Notes: a model not told the origin generated them from the sequence alone. Positions 1 to 8,673 are shown, counted from the first letter of the stretch. The stretch is 35,998 nt of DNA from Bacillota bacterium (GCA_018725535.1 QLUS01000003.1:1-35998); one strand, 5' to 3'. Translations and numbers: made by a program.

Positions 1-714
1 GCCGTAGCAGCTTTCTCTGCGGGAAGTTCGTTCACGGTACTATTCGGAGGCACTGCAGTAGATGCTGCTGCGGGGGGAATTGGGGGCCTGCTAGTCTTTT
101 TCCTCATACGTAAGCTCAGCCGCCTTGGCATTAATCGTTTTGCCATCGACTACTGCGGGGGTGCGTTAGGCGCGTTTAATGCAGTTGTCATGTCTATAGT
201 TTTCCCTACAAGCTTACAGCCCACTGTGCTTGGTGCCATCCTAATCTTGATGCCGGGCGTGCTGCTCACGAACGCTGTGGGCTACGCTTGGCGGTATCCT
301 ATGAACACGCTACTGCTCTTAACCGCTTGTTTTGTTGGCACCCTAAGTTTTGCTCTGATCTTTAGAGCGCCCCCAATATCTCTCCTTTGGTGCGGGTTGA
401 TTGGCGCGCTTGGCTATGGCGTCTTTCTGATATTGCAGAACGCTGGCACGGGTTCACCCGCTGCGGTGTTTTTGGCTGCGTCCGTTGTCGGGCTAGCTAG
501 CGAACTGTTGGCGCGTGCCTCTAAAATTCCGGCGACGGTATACATTATCGCGGGCATCATCCCCCTAGTGCCCGGCGCTGCCGCCTATTTCAGCATGCTC
601 TATTTCGCCCAAGGCAATTACCGCGAAGCCTTGGTAGCCCTGTCTAGTGTTGCGCATATGGCGATTGCCATTTCGGCGGGCCTCGCTGTCGGCACAGTAC
701 TGCGCAGGAAATAG
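1..714 (+). CDS. Threonine/serine exporter ThrE-family membrane protein, 5'-truncated by the window; ThrE part fused in frame to a ThrE_2/YjjB-like half that begins at ATG 301
   Basis: Frame 1 is open from base 1 to the stop at 714. It carries the ThrE-like motifs 'SFTVLFGG', 'ILMPGVLLTNAV' and, in the second half, 'ASELLAR..KIPATVYIIAGIIPLVPG'. It appears to carry an internal deletion near 275-280 (see findings). Confidence 0.75.
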   Translation, partial: AVAAFSAGSSFTVLFGGTAVDAAAGGIGGLLVFFLIRKLSRLGINRFAIDYCGGALGAFNAVVMSIVFPTSLQPTVLGAILILMPGVLLTNAVGYAWRYPMNTLLLLTACFVGTLSFALIFRAPPISLLWCGLIGALGYGVFLILQNAGTGSPAAVFLAASVVGLASELLARASKIPATVYIIAGIIPLVPGAAAYFSMLYFAQGNYREALVALSSVAHMAIAISAGLAVGTVLRRK

Positions 715-739
715 GCTGAGTTCTTGCTCGACCCGGAGC

Positions 740-768
740 GCATAGCCTCTATTCCCTTGGCATAGGCT
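740..768 (+). promoter_or_regulatory. Putative sigma-E (mother-cell sporulation) promoter upstream of the pdaB-like gene
   Basis: gcATA (740-744), 16 bp spacer, CATAGGCT (761-768). This fits the sigma-E consensus ATA-16/18-CATAnnnT, and pdaB is sigma-E dependent in Bacillus subtilis. Confidence 0.5.
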
Positions 769-792
769 TAGGTGAAGCTCGGAGGGATGCAC

Positions 793-1589
793 ATGTGGAT
801 GGTGCTACGGATAAGACCGCGCGAACGGTGGCTGGCGCTGGCAGTAGGCCTAGGGTTACTATGGCAGCTGACAAACTTGTCCTACCCCGGCTGGCTGATC
901 AGGAACTTGGCGGCTGTGGCTACGACTGCCCGCCTAGTTCCTATTTACAGCGTAGAAAGGACAGAGAAAGGACTTTCTCTGTCCTTTGATGCTGCCTGGG
1001 GTGCCGACTACACCGACGACCTCCTAGCCATATTGCACCGCCATCAAGACGCGCTACGTTTTTTCTTGTGGGCTTTTGGGTAGAAAAGTATCCCGAGGTG
1101 GCGCAGCGCATCGCCAGAGCGGGGCACGAAATTGGAAATCACTCTTCTACCCACCCCAACCTCGTCCCGCTTACGATGGAGCAGATAGCGCTTGAGGTAT
1201 CCCGCACGCACGACATCATCAAGGAGACAGCGGGGCGGACGCCGCGCCTCTTTCGTCCCCCGTTTGGTGCCTACAGTAACCGTGTAATTGAAACGCTAAC
1301 TGCCTTGGGTTACCACACCATCCAATGGAGTATCGACTCCCTAGATTGGCGTAAGGAGGCCACCCCGCAGTCGATTTTCACGCGCGTCACGACGCGGGCT
1401 CATCCCGGTGCCATCGTCTTGTTTCACAACAACGCCGCCTATACACCAGAGGCTCTAGAGCCCATCCTCACGCACCTGCGCGAACAGGGTTACAGCTTTG
1501 TGCCTATCGGCGAGTTGCTCTTGGCAGATAACTGGTATGTCGCCCCCACGACCGGTCAGCAACGCCGCAAGGCCCAAGGCAGCCGCTAG
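793..1589 (+). pseudogene. pdaB: Polysaccharide deacetylase (PdaB-like sporulation protein), frameshifted near 1048
   Basis: RBS GGAGG at 781-785 and ATG at 793. N-terminal TM segment plus 'VPIYSVER..KGLSLSFDAAWG' lie in one frame. 'RATFFLVGFWVEKYPE...HEIGNHSSTHP...FRPPFG...QWSIDSLDW...IVLFHN' lie in another. One base is missing at CAA-GA-CGC (1045-1052). Confidence 0.8.
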
Positions 1590-2743
1590 ACTACTGAAGG
1601 CTCGTCAAAGAGCTCGCCCCGCGCAAAGCGCCCTAAATCCATTTTTTCTATGGGCAGCGAGGCCGGGAGGCCTAGAACGCTCTCGGCCAGCAACACGCCG
1701 GTCATGGGTGCTAACATAAACCCGTGACCGCTGAAACCTACCGCTAAAAATAACCCAGGCACCTCGGGAACCGCACCTAAAATTGGAGTGCGGTCCGGTG
1801 TCATGTTGTACAAGCCTGCCCATTGGCGCACGACGCGGATGCCTTTAAGTGGAGGCAAAAGCCACGTGATTTTCTGCGCCATCTCTTCCGCAAACTGCCA
1901 CGTAGAGCGACTGCTGTACCCCGGCTTTTCCGCCGCGTCCCCAAGCCCCATAATGAAACTCCCGTGCGGCGTCTGTTGGCAGTAAATATGGTGGTGAAAA
2001 GACATGACCATGGGCCCTTGCATTGGTGCCACGGGTTCGGTCACAAGAATCTGGTGACGCTCCGAGTACGTAGGTATGTCTACTCCCGCCATAGCGGCAA
2101 TGTCCTTAGACCATCCGCCTGCCGCATTAACTACGACCGGCGTAGCAATATAGCCCCCCGTGGTCTTAACCCCGACGATGCGCCCTTCGCCTGCACCGCC
2201 GCGTCGAATGCCTAATACCTCGGTGTTCGTGTATATTTTAACGCCGAGACGGCGTGCCGCCTGAGCGTAGGCGTCAGTGACATGAAAGGGATTACAGTGC
2301 CCGTCGGTTTGATTAAAGGTGGCTCCGAGGAGGCCCTCGGTGTTAAGATGCGGCACTATCTCCCGCGCCTCTGCCGGGGTGCAGAGCTTTACCCCTAAGC
2401 CAAAGCTGCGTTGTAGATTTACGTTCTTCTGGAATTGCTCCCACCCGGCGGGCGTGTAAGCTAGGAGCAAGTACCCGCCTTGTTTAAACTCAATATCTCC
2501 GTCATAGTCGAGGTCTTCGTTCATGGTTTCAAACCTTTTGACGCTGGCGATGGACATACGCAGGTTCATTTCCGTGCCCCACTGCTGCCGTACTCCTGCC
2601 CCGCAGCGCCCGGTAGCCCCGCTGGCTAGGTAATCCCGCTCTAACACCACTACGTCCGTGCACCCGCGTTTGGCTAGCTCGTAGGCGATGGCCACCCCGT
2701 TTACGCCTCCGCCGATAACTACTACCTCGGCGCTACTGTGCAT
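1586..2743 (-). CDS. FAD-dependent oxidoreductase, DAO family (proline dehydrogenase / sarcosine oxidase beta-subunit-like)
   Basis: GGGVNG Rossmann motif, 'GATGRCGAG', 'YNMTPDRTPILG', 'GFSGHGFMLAP'. The start is probably ATG 2743, downstream of GAGGAGG. Confidence 0.9.
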   Translation of the reverse strand: MHSSAEVVVIGGGVNGVAIAYELAKRGCTDVVVLERDYLASGATGRCGAGVRQQWGTEMNLRMSIASVKRFETMNEDLDYDGDIEFKQGGYLLLAYTPAGWEQFQKNVNLQRSFGLGVKLCTPAEAREIVPHLNTEGLLGATFNQTDGHCNPFHVTDAYAQAARRLGVKIYTNTEVLGIRRGGAGEGRIVGVKTTGGYIATPVVVNAAGGWSKDIAAMAGVDIPTYSERHQILVTEPVAPMQGPMVMSFHHHIYCQQTPHGSFIMGLGDAAEKPGYSSRSTWQFAEEMAQKITWLLPPLKGIRVVRQWAGLYNMTPDRTPILGAVPEVPGLFLAVGFSGHGFMLAPMTGVLLAESVLGLPASLPIEKMDLGRFARGELFDEPSVV

Positions 2744-3032
2744 CCTTGCTGGCCTCCTCACTGCTGCCCGCCGCAATGCTCCCTAAGGTAATGGGTCGCG
2801 TGGGAGGACGATAGGTGCCGGGGAGTTGGTGTTTAAGCGGCGTTCCGGCTGCCTGCAGCTCCCGCTGCACTAGGGCCCGACACGTCTTCCCCTGACATGG
2901 TCCCATGCCTAAGCGCCCTATCCGCCTGAGTTCGTCAAGTGTGCGGTAGCCTTTGCTGATGAGTCTCTTTACGTCAGCTAAGGTCAGGTCCTCGCACCGA
3001 CAAACGATGATGTCCTTATCTTGTTCACTCAC
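2733..3032 (-). CDS. BFD-like (2Fe-2S)-binding protein (SoxA/HcnB C-terminal-like domain)
   Basis: 'IVCRCEDLT...GMGPCQGKTC...RPP' motif. GTG start at 3032 after AGGAGG. Confidence 0.85.
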   Translation of the reverse strand: MSEQDKDIIVCRCEDLTLADVKRLISKGYRTLDELRRIGRLGMGPCQGKTCRALVQRELQAAGTPLKHQLPGTYRPPTRPITLGSIAAGSSEEASKDAQ

Positions 3033-3543
3033 CTTCTGCACCTCCTAGGATGAAGAACCGAACTTCTCGCGCGAGCTCCTTTAGGACTGCTAGGTGCACC
3101 ACTGCAGTGCGGTCAAAGCTCGGCGGATTCTGCACCCGCACTACGCGTCCCACACCTACCTCTTGCCCGGCCCGGTTAAGCACCTTAACCTCATCCCCTG
3201 CTCTCGGCAGCGGCACAAATTCATAGGGTAATTTCAGGAGTGCCTCAGTGGGGCTGTAGTTCTCGTCAATGACAAATATGGCTAGTCCCGGACAGTTCGC
3301 TACACATATAGCGCAGCCGTTGCATTTTTCCCAGTCGATGATCGGTAAGTCATTGATGTCGTGAAACGCTTTGATCGCCTTCCTTGGGCAACAGGTGGCG
3401 CAAGGATTACAGGGAATGCGTTGGAAGCACTCCAAGACCGCTACCGCCCCGCTGGCCAAGCGTTCCTTGCCCGGGTAGACGGAGTCGACATCGCGGTTGT
3501 CTGGTACACCTGTGCGCTTAAGCTCTTTCTCCACTGTGCTCAC
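3025..3543 (-). CDS. 4Fe-4S dicluster ferredoxin subunit (proline dehydrogenase gamma-like)
   Basis: CFQRIPCNPCATCCP and CNGCAICVANCPG motifs, followed by a 'LPYEFVPLP..GDEV..LNRAG' domain. Confidence 0.85.
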   Translation of the reverse strand: MSTVEKELKRTGVPDNRDVDSVYPGKERLASGAVAVLECFQRIPCNPCATCCPRKAIKAFHDINDLPIIDWEKCNGCAICVANCPGLAIFVIDENYSPTEALLKLPYEFVPLPRAGDEVKVLNRAGQEVGVGRVVRVQNPPSFDRTAVVHLAVLKELAREVRFFILGGAEGE

Positions 3544-4625
3544 CTCGCCTCACCCTGTACTGCTGCTAGCCCAAGACGAGTCTTCTCTCCTTCGGGGCCA
3601 CTGCGGAGTTCCACAAGCTGCTCTCTCGCCGCGCGGATGCGCTCGCTTACATCGCTTGGGGCAAGTCCAATGTCCAACGTGGCTACGTAGCCCGCCAGCA
3701 ACCCCTCCACCATGGCACTGCTCGCCTCTTCAATCCCCGCTACATCGCCGGCGATAAAAATATACGGCTGACTGGTGCGCAAGCTCTCATCCCGCCAAGC
3801 AACATGGCCGCCTAGTTCCGGTATATACAGCATGCGGCAATCCGCTTGCCACAGCAGGTCAGACAAAGGGGACAGCCCTACTGCCAGACATATGACGTCA
3901 ACGGGGATTTTCTGTTCCGTACCCTTAATTGGCTGCCACGCTTGATCGAGTTGGCAGATCACTGCTCCCTCTACGCTATCTTGGCCGTAAGCCTCGAGAA
4001 TCGTGTGTGATGTAAGTATGGGCACTCCTGCCCGGCGCACTTTCGCGGCATGCACGAGATACCCGCCAATGCGAGGCGCGCCCTCCACAATCGCCGCAAC
4101 GCTTACCCCCGCCTGCAAGAGCTGATATGAAACAATCAGGCCAATATTCCCAGCTCCCACCATCAATACGCGCTGTCCCGGCTTAATGCCAAATACGTTC
4201 ATCAGAGTTTGCACGGCACCGGCACCATATACGCCCGGCAGGTCGTTTCCCTTAAAGGCTAGCATTTTTTCGCTCGCGCCTGTAGCCACGACAAAACGCT
4301 CGGCCTTAACCTTGCGATACTCACCTAGGCACTCTACGGTGAGCACGCCGTCATCGTAGAGGCCTAAGGCGGTGGTCTCCAGCCAGACCTCAATTGACGG
4401 GGTGCCTTGCACGGCTGTGGTCAGGGAGACCGCTATGTCTATCCCGCGTGTACCCGCTTGCTGCCTTTCCGAGCCAAAGAACATATGGGTTTGCTTAACT
4501 AGCTGTCCACCCAGGTGGTCGGCATTATCCAGCAAGAGCACAGACGCACCTCCGCTCGACGCGGCTAGCGCGGCGTTAAGGCCTGCGGGGCCGCCGCCAA
4601 TCACACAGATGTCAACCGTCTTCAC
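3540..4625 (-). CDS. FAD/NAD(P)-dependent oxidoreductase (proline dehydrogenase / sarcosine oxidase alpha-subunit-like)
   Basis: GGGPAG, 'LGGQLVKQTHMFFG', 'ATGA', 'VGAGNIGL', 'AGDVAGIEEA'. Confidence 0.9.
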   Translation of the reverse strand: MKTVDICVIGGGPAGLNAALAASSGGASVLLLDNADHLGGQLVKQTHMFFGSERQQAGTRGIDIAVSLTTAVQGTPSIEVWLETTALGLYDDGVLTVECLGEYRKVKAERFVVATGASEKMLAFKGNDLPGVYGAGAVQTLMNVFGIKPGQRVLMVGAGNIGLIVSYQLLQAGVSVAAIVEGAPRIGGYLVHAAKVRRAGVPILTSHTILEAYGQDSVEGAVICQLDQAWQPIKGTEQKIPVDVICLAVGLSPLSDLLWQADCRMLYIPELGGHVAWRDESLRTSQPYIFIAGDVAGIEEASSAMVEGLLAGYVATLDIGLAPSDVSERIRAAREQLVELRSGPEGEKTRLGLAAVQGEAR

Positions 4626-4927
4626 GCGAGAACCCCCCTCCCGTGCTGCTGTTTAACCACCATGCCCGCCTTGAGCTTCGTGACGCAGACACGCACGTTA
4701 GGAACGCCGTCAACTACCATCAGACAAGAGCTACACGTGCCGATGGCACAAAAAAAGCCGCGCGGACGGTGCAACACAGCGCTCTTACTCAGCACCTTCA
4801 CTCCGGCCGCGTGTAACGCCGCCGCGATTGTCTCTCCCTCGTACCCCGCGAGCTCCTGCTCCTCGTAGGTGAACTTAATTTCCTTTCCCCGCCTAAAGCT
4901 AAGAATGGGATGCTCCGATATCCGCAA
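4622..4927 (-). CDS. 2Fe-2S iron-sulfur protein (Fer2_4; HcnA / SoxA N-terminal-like)
   Basis: 'GETIAAALHAAG...RPRGFFCAIGTCSSCLMVVDGVPNVRVC'. TTG start after a G-rich RBS. Confidence 0.88.
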   Translation of the reverse strand: MRISEHPILSFRRGKEIKFTYEEQELAGYEGETIAAALHAAGVKVLSKSAVLHRPRGFFCAIGTCSSCLMVVDGVPNVRVCVTKLKAGMVVKQQHGRGVLA

Positions 4928-4948
4928 TCAAATACCCCCCTATATTAA

Positions 4949-4980
4949 TGGAACGATGGGGACGGTTCTTTTTTGTTCCA
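4949..4980. repeat. REP-like extragenic hairpin with GGGACGG core
   Basis: TGGAAC-gatggggacggttctttttt-GTTCCA. A similar element lies at 25879-25907. Confidence 0.5.
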
Positions 4981-5035
4981 CGGATTGGCGTGATGCTGAA
5001 GAGATTGGCAGGAAGGGAAGGAGTGCAAAACAAAA

Positions 5036-5197
5036 TTACACGTCCCCCGTGCCGGGGCTGGCAAACCGCGACAACTTCCGCTTCAGGCCAAACACATGAC
5101 AGAGCGGGCACTGTATCTCACTGCCATCAGTTCCTAGACGACAGAGCTTGGTCACGTTCATACTGCACTTTGGACACTCAAATTCGTAAACGGGCAT
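5036..5197 (-). CDS. FmdB-family zinc-ribbon protein
   Basis: MPVYEFECPKC...CPLC...LKRKLSRFA. The true start is likely ATG 5197, after GAGG. Confidence 0.85.
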   Translation of the reverse strand: MPVYEFECPKCSMNVTKLCRLGTDGSEIQCPLCHVFGLKRKLSRFASPGTGDV

Positions 5198-5231
5198 ATG
5201 TTCGGCCTCTTTAGCCACTCTACGCGCGCTC

Positions 5232-5909
5232 TTACCCAACACCTATGGTAATCAAAACTGCAAGCAGAATCGCAGGCAACAGATTGCCTACGCGGATTTT
5301 CTTGATCTCCAATACGTTAAGACCAATCGCTACGATAAGGATACCACCCGTGGCCGTCATCTCGGTCACAGCCGCAGGTGTAAGCCACTGCGAAATCCAA
5401 GCCGCCAGTAGCGTAATCGCGCCTTGGTAAAAAAACACCGACAGACTCGAAAGCGCTACGCCTAAACCAAGCGTAGAAGCAAACACCACTGCCGACACGC
5501 CATCCAACATGGCCTTGGCGTAGAGGGTGGCGTGGTTGCCGGTTATGCCGCTCTCTAAGCTCCCCATAATGGCCATCGCCCCTACACAATAGATCAAGCT
5601 GGTAGTGACAAAGCCCTGCGCGAGTTTACCTTTGCCGCGCACGTAGCGTTTCTCTACCAGTGCTGCCCCTCTGTAGAGGCGCCCCTCTATGTCCATCCAC
5701 TCCCCTGCTAGGCCACCTAGCACAAGGCTGGCGATAACTATGAGAGGATTAGCGGTTTTTAGAGCCATCGTCAACCCAATTACAGCTACAGAAAGTCCTA
5801 GCCCGTGCATAACCGTGTCGCGGCTTTTTTCTTTAACGACACCGCCCAGCAGCGCCCCTAGTATCCCTCCTGCCAGAATCGCCAGAGCGTTAACAACAGT
5901 GCCCAGCAC
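5232..5909 (-). CDS. DUF554 (YdfK/YqgA-like) membrane protein
   Basis: 'MLGTVVNALAI', 'GFVTTSLIYCVGAMAIMGSLESG', 'KAMLDG', 'IRVGNLLPA'. Confidence 0.88.
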   Translation of the reverse strand: MLGTVVNALAILAGGILGALLGGVVKEKSRDTVMHGLGLSVAVIGLTMALKTANPLIVIASLVLGGLAGEWMDIEGRLYRGAALVEKRYVRGKGKLAQGFVTTSLIYCVGAMAIMGSLESGITGNHATLYAKAMLDGVSAVVFASTLGLGVALSSLSVFFYQGAITLLAAWISQWLTPAAVTEMTATGGILIVAIGLNVLEIKKIRVGNLLPAILLAVLITIGVG

Positions 5910-7063
5910 TAAACTCTCTCCTCCGCGATGCGCTCTATGGCCTCGGCCACTTCATCGATTTCTTTTATAGTAGAAAAGGGGCCGGGACTGAGGCGCACTA
6001 TGCCTTGGCCTAAAGTGCCAAGCGTCTCGTGCGCAAGCGGCGCGCAGTGCAGCCCCGCCCGCACGGCAATGCCGAAGGAGGCGTCCAAGATATGGGCTAC
6101 CTCCGTTGACCCCATGCTCCCTATGTTAAAGGCGACTATTGACGCACCTTGGCCATTCCCATACAGCGTCACGCCCGGGATGGAAGCGATACGCGAGCGC
6201 AACTGCGCAGCTAAACTTACCTCGTGCGCTCTAATAGTGTCGACGCCGTGTGCGGCGAGATAGCTGAGTGCGCGCGAAAGTCCCACTATGCCCACCGCGT
6301 TAAGCGTGCCGCTCTCTAGCCGATCCGGCAAGATCGCAGGCATCTCGGATAGTTCCGAAAAGCTTCCCGTACCCCCATATATGATCGGGACAATCTCTAC
6401 GCCCGCCCGCACATACAGAAATCCAGTGCCCGTAGGTCCAAGCAATGACTTATGCCCCGGCGCGGCTAGCAAATCTATCCCCAATGACTCAACCGCGATA
6501 GGCAGTGCCCCCGCAGTCTGCGCGGCGTCAACGAGGAGCAGCACATTAGCTTCCCGCGTAATCGCCGCAACATCGGCTATTGGCATCAGGGTTCCGCAAA
6601 CATTAGAAGCGTGCGTGAGCACCACGAGCTTGGTGTTGCTTTTTATGGCTTGCTGCACCGCCGTTGCCTCAAGCTTGCCGTCCCCCGTACATGGGAGAAC
6701 GGTTAGTTCTACCCCACGGCGAGACAGCTCGCGCAGCGGACGGATAACGGCGTTATGCTCCATGGAAGTCGTGATGCAGTGATCCCCCGGCACAAGTAGC
6801 CCAAAAATGGCCATGTTCAGGGCATGGGTAGCGTTGGCCGTGAAAACTACCCGCGCTGCGTCCGACGCCCCGATCAGCTCAGCTAACTGGCTACGGCACG
6901 CAAACACCGCACGACTCGCCTGCAGGGATAGCGCGTGTCCGCTGCGCCCGGGACTACCGGAACCATGCGCAAGCAACGCAGCCATCGCCTCCGCGACCCC
7001 GGGAGCCTTTGGCCAACTGGTAGCAGCGTTGTCCATATAGATTGTATCACGCAAATTCGCCAC
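5909..7063 (-). CDS. Cysteine desulfurase-family PLP enzyme (aminotransferase class V)
   Basis: 'YMDNAATSWPK', 'SMEHNAV', 'DAAQTAG', 'APGHKSLLGPTG', 'RAGLHCAPLAH'. This gene commonly lies downstream of parB in Clostridia. Confidence 0.92.
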   Translation of the reverse strand: MANLRDTIYMDNAATSWPKAPGVAEAMAALLAHGSGSPGRSGHALSLQASRAVFACRSQLAELIGASDAARVVFTANATHALNMAIFGLLVPGDHCITTSMEHNAVIRPLRELSRRGVELTVLPCTGDGKLEATAVQQAIKSNTKLVVLTHASNVCGTLMPIADVAAITREANVLLLVDAAQTAGALPIAVESLGIDLLAAPGHKSLLGPTGTGFLYVRAGVEIVPIIYGGTGSFSELSEMPAILPDRLESGTLNAVGIVGLSRALSYLAAHGVDTIRAHEVSLAAQLRSRIASIPGVTLYGNGQGASIVAFNIGSMGSTEVAHILDASFGIAVRAGLHCAPLAHETLGTLGQGIVRLSPGPFSTIKEIDEVAEAIERIAEERV

Positions 7064-7922
7064 CTGCTCTGATAAACCACTCTCTGAGTCGTTCCAGCTC
7101 CTCGGCGTTGTGAAAAGTAATGGTGATGGTGCCCCGGGCGGGCGTGCCCTTAAGCTCTACACGCGTCTGCAGCAAATCGCGCAGACTGCGCTCCATCTCC
7201 CTCATCTCTGCCGGGGGAAGCTTCTCCTTGATTGGTTGCACAATTGTTTCACGTGAAACATTCTCCGCGACCTTCGCCGCTAAGCGCTCCGCTTCACGCA
7301 CCGTTAGACCCTTCGCCGCCATTTCTTGCGCCAGCACATCCCGCTTAGCCGCCGGCGCTGCTAAGACCGCCCGTGCGTGTCCGGCGCTAAGTGTTCCACG
7401 TGAAACAAGTAGAGCTACGGCCGGAGAAAGCGTAAGCAGCCTTAGGGCATTGGCCACGTACGGCCTGCTCTTCCCAACCCTTTCAGCTATACTCTCCTGC
7501 GTAATCCCAAGCTGCTGCTGCAGTTGCGCAAAAGCGGCTGCCTCTTCCATAGGGTTGAGGTCTTCGCGCTGCAGATTCTCAATCAGCGCAACCTCCATGG
7601 ATTCTCTGTCAGACCACTCTTTAACTAGAGCCGGAACCTCAGTTAAACCGGCAAGTTTGGCTGCGCGCAAGCGTCGCTCCCCCACCACCAATTCATACCG
7701 CCCACTGCGTGACCGAACTGTCACGGGTTGAATTAGGCCGTGCTGTTTAATGGAGGCCGCGAGCTCCGCCAGTTCTTCCTCCGCAAATACGCGTCGTGGT
7801 TGATAGGGATTAGGCATAATCAGGTCAACGGCAATATGCTGGAGCTCGTCCGTCCCCATCGCCGACATGTCGGTTATGAGCGCCTGCAGCCCCTTGCCCA
7901 GCCGCGGCTTACCCACGCGCAA
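7047..7922 (-). CDS. parB: Chromosome partitioning protein ParB/Spo0J
   Basis: 'LGKGLQALI', 'PNPYQPRR', 'GERRLRAA', 'ENLQREDLNPMEEA'. Directly downstream of parA. Confidence 0.96.
   Translation of the reverse strand: MRVGKPRLGKGLQALITDMSAMGTDELQHIAVDLIMPNPYQPRRVFAEEELAELAASIKQHGLIQPVTVRSRSGRYELVVGERRLRAAKLAGLTEVPALVKEWSDRESMEVALIENLQREDLNPMEEAAAFAQLQQQLGITQESIAERVGKSRPYVANALRLLTLSPAVALLVSRGTLSAGHARAVLAAPAAKRDVLAQEMAAKGLTVREAERLAAKVAENVSRETIVQPIKEKLPPAEMREMERSLRDLLQTRVELKGTPARGTITITFHNAEELERLREWFIRAGGEFA
7245..7260. promoter_or_regulatory. parS site (perfect palindrome)
   Basis: TGTTTCACGTGAAACA matches the parS consensus TGTTNCACGTGAAACA. Confidence 0.93.
7392..7407. promoter_or_regulatory. 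parS site
   Basis: TGTTCCACGTGAAACA matches the parS consensus. Confidence 0.92.
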
Positions 7923-8673
7923 TCACCTCTCGAGCAAGTTCCATGTAAACTTCGGTGCCTTTAGATTTGGGGTCATACGCCAGGATGGACTGGCCGTAAC
8001 TCGGAGCCTCGCTAAGGCGCACATTGCGCGGAATAACGGTAGCATACACCTTGTCCTTAAAGTACGCCCTCACCTCGTCGACGACTTGTGAGGCCAGATT
8101 AGTGCGCGGGTCAAACATGGTAAGCAAAGCGCCTGAAACCACTAAGCCAGGGTTTAGGTGCCGCTGTACCAAGGACACGGTGTTCATCAGCTGGCTCAAA
8201 CCCTCTAAAGCATAATACTCACACTGCACGGGGATCAACACGCCGTGCGCCGCAGTCAAAGCGTTTAACGTCAACAGCCCGAGCGAAGGCGGGCAGTCAA
8301 TCAGTATGTAGTCGTAGTTCTGCCGCACATGCTGCACTGCCTCACGCAACTTTACCTCTCGCTGCATGGCCAACACTAACTCTATCTCCGCACCCGCGAG
8401 TTGAATCGTGGCTGGCACCAGTTCTAGCCTAGGCGTATTGGTCGGCAGAATCACGGCCTCAATGGGAACACCATCGATCAACACGTTGTAGATGCACTTT
8501 TTGAGGCGGTAGCGGTTAACTCCTAGCCCGGAAGTAGTGTTGCCTTGGGGGTCAATGTCCACCACCAACACGCGCTTTGACAGCTCCGCCAATGCAGCCC
8601 CTAAGTTAACCGCCGTAGTGGTCTTGCCGACGCCCCCTTTTTGATTGACGATTGCCATTACCTTCGCTGTCAT
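7909..8673 (-). CDS. parA: Chromosome partitioning ATPase ParA/Soj
   Basis: Deviant Walker A 'NQKGGVGKTTT', 'DIDPQGN', 'DCPPSLGLLT', 'IPRNVRLSEAPSYG'. Confidence 0.97.
   Translation of the reverse strand: MTAKVMAIVNQKGGVGKTTTAVNLGAALAELSKRVLVVDIDPQGNTTSGLGVNRYRLKKCIYNVLIDGVPIEAVILPTNTPRLELVPATIQLAGAEIELVLAMQREVKLREAVQHVRQNYDYILIDCPPSLGLLTLNALTAAHGVLIPVQCEYYALEGLSQLMNTVSLVQRHLNPGLVVSGALLTMFDPRTNLASQVVDEVRAYFKDKVYATVIPRNVRLSEAPSYGQSILAYDPKSKGTEVYMELAREVIARG

Noticed and set aside
1059-1064. Programmed frameshift or phase variation at the T6 run in pdaB
   Set aside because: Motif homology (RATFF) places the frame change about 10 nt upstream of the run.
1586-4927. Calling the operon hcnABC (HCN synthase) or soxBDAG
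   Set aside because: The modules are homologous, but the subunit set differs (extra 4Fe-4S ferredoxin, no SoxD/SoxG or folate-binding domain). The substrate cannot be assigned from sequence alone.
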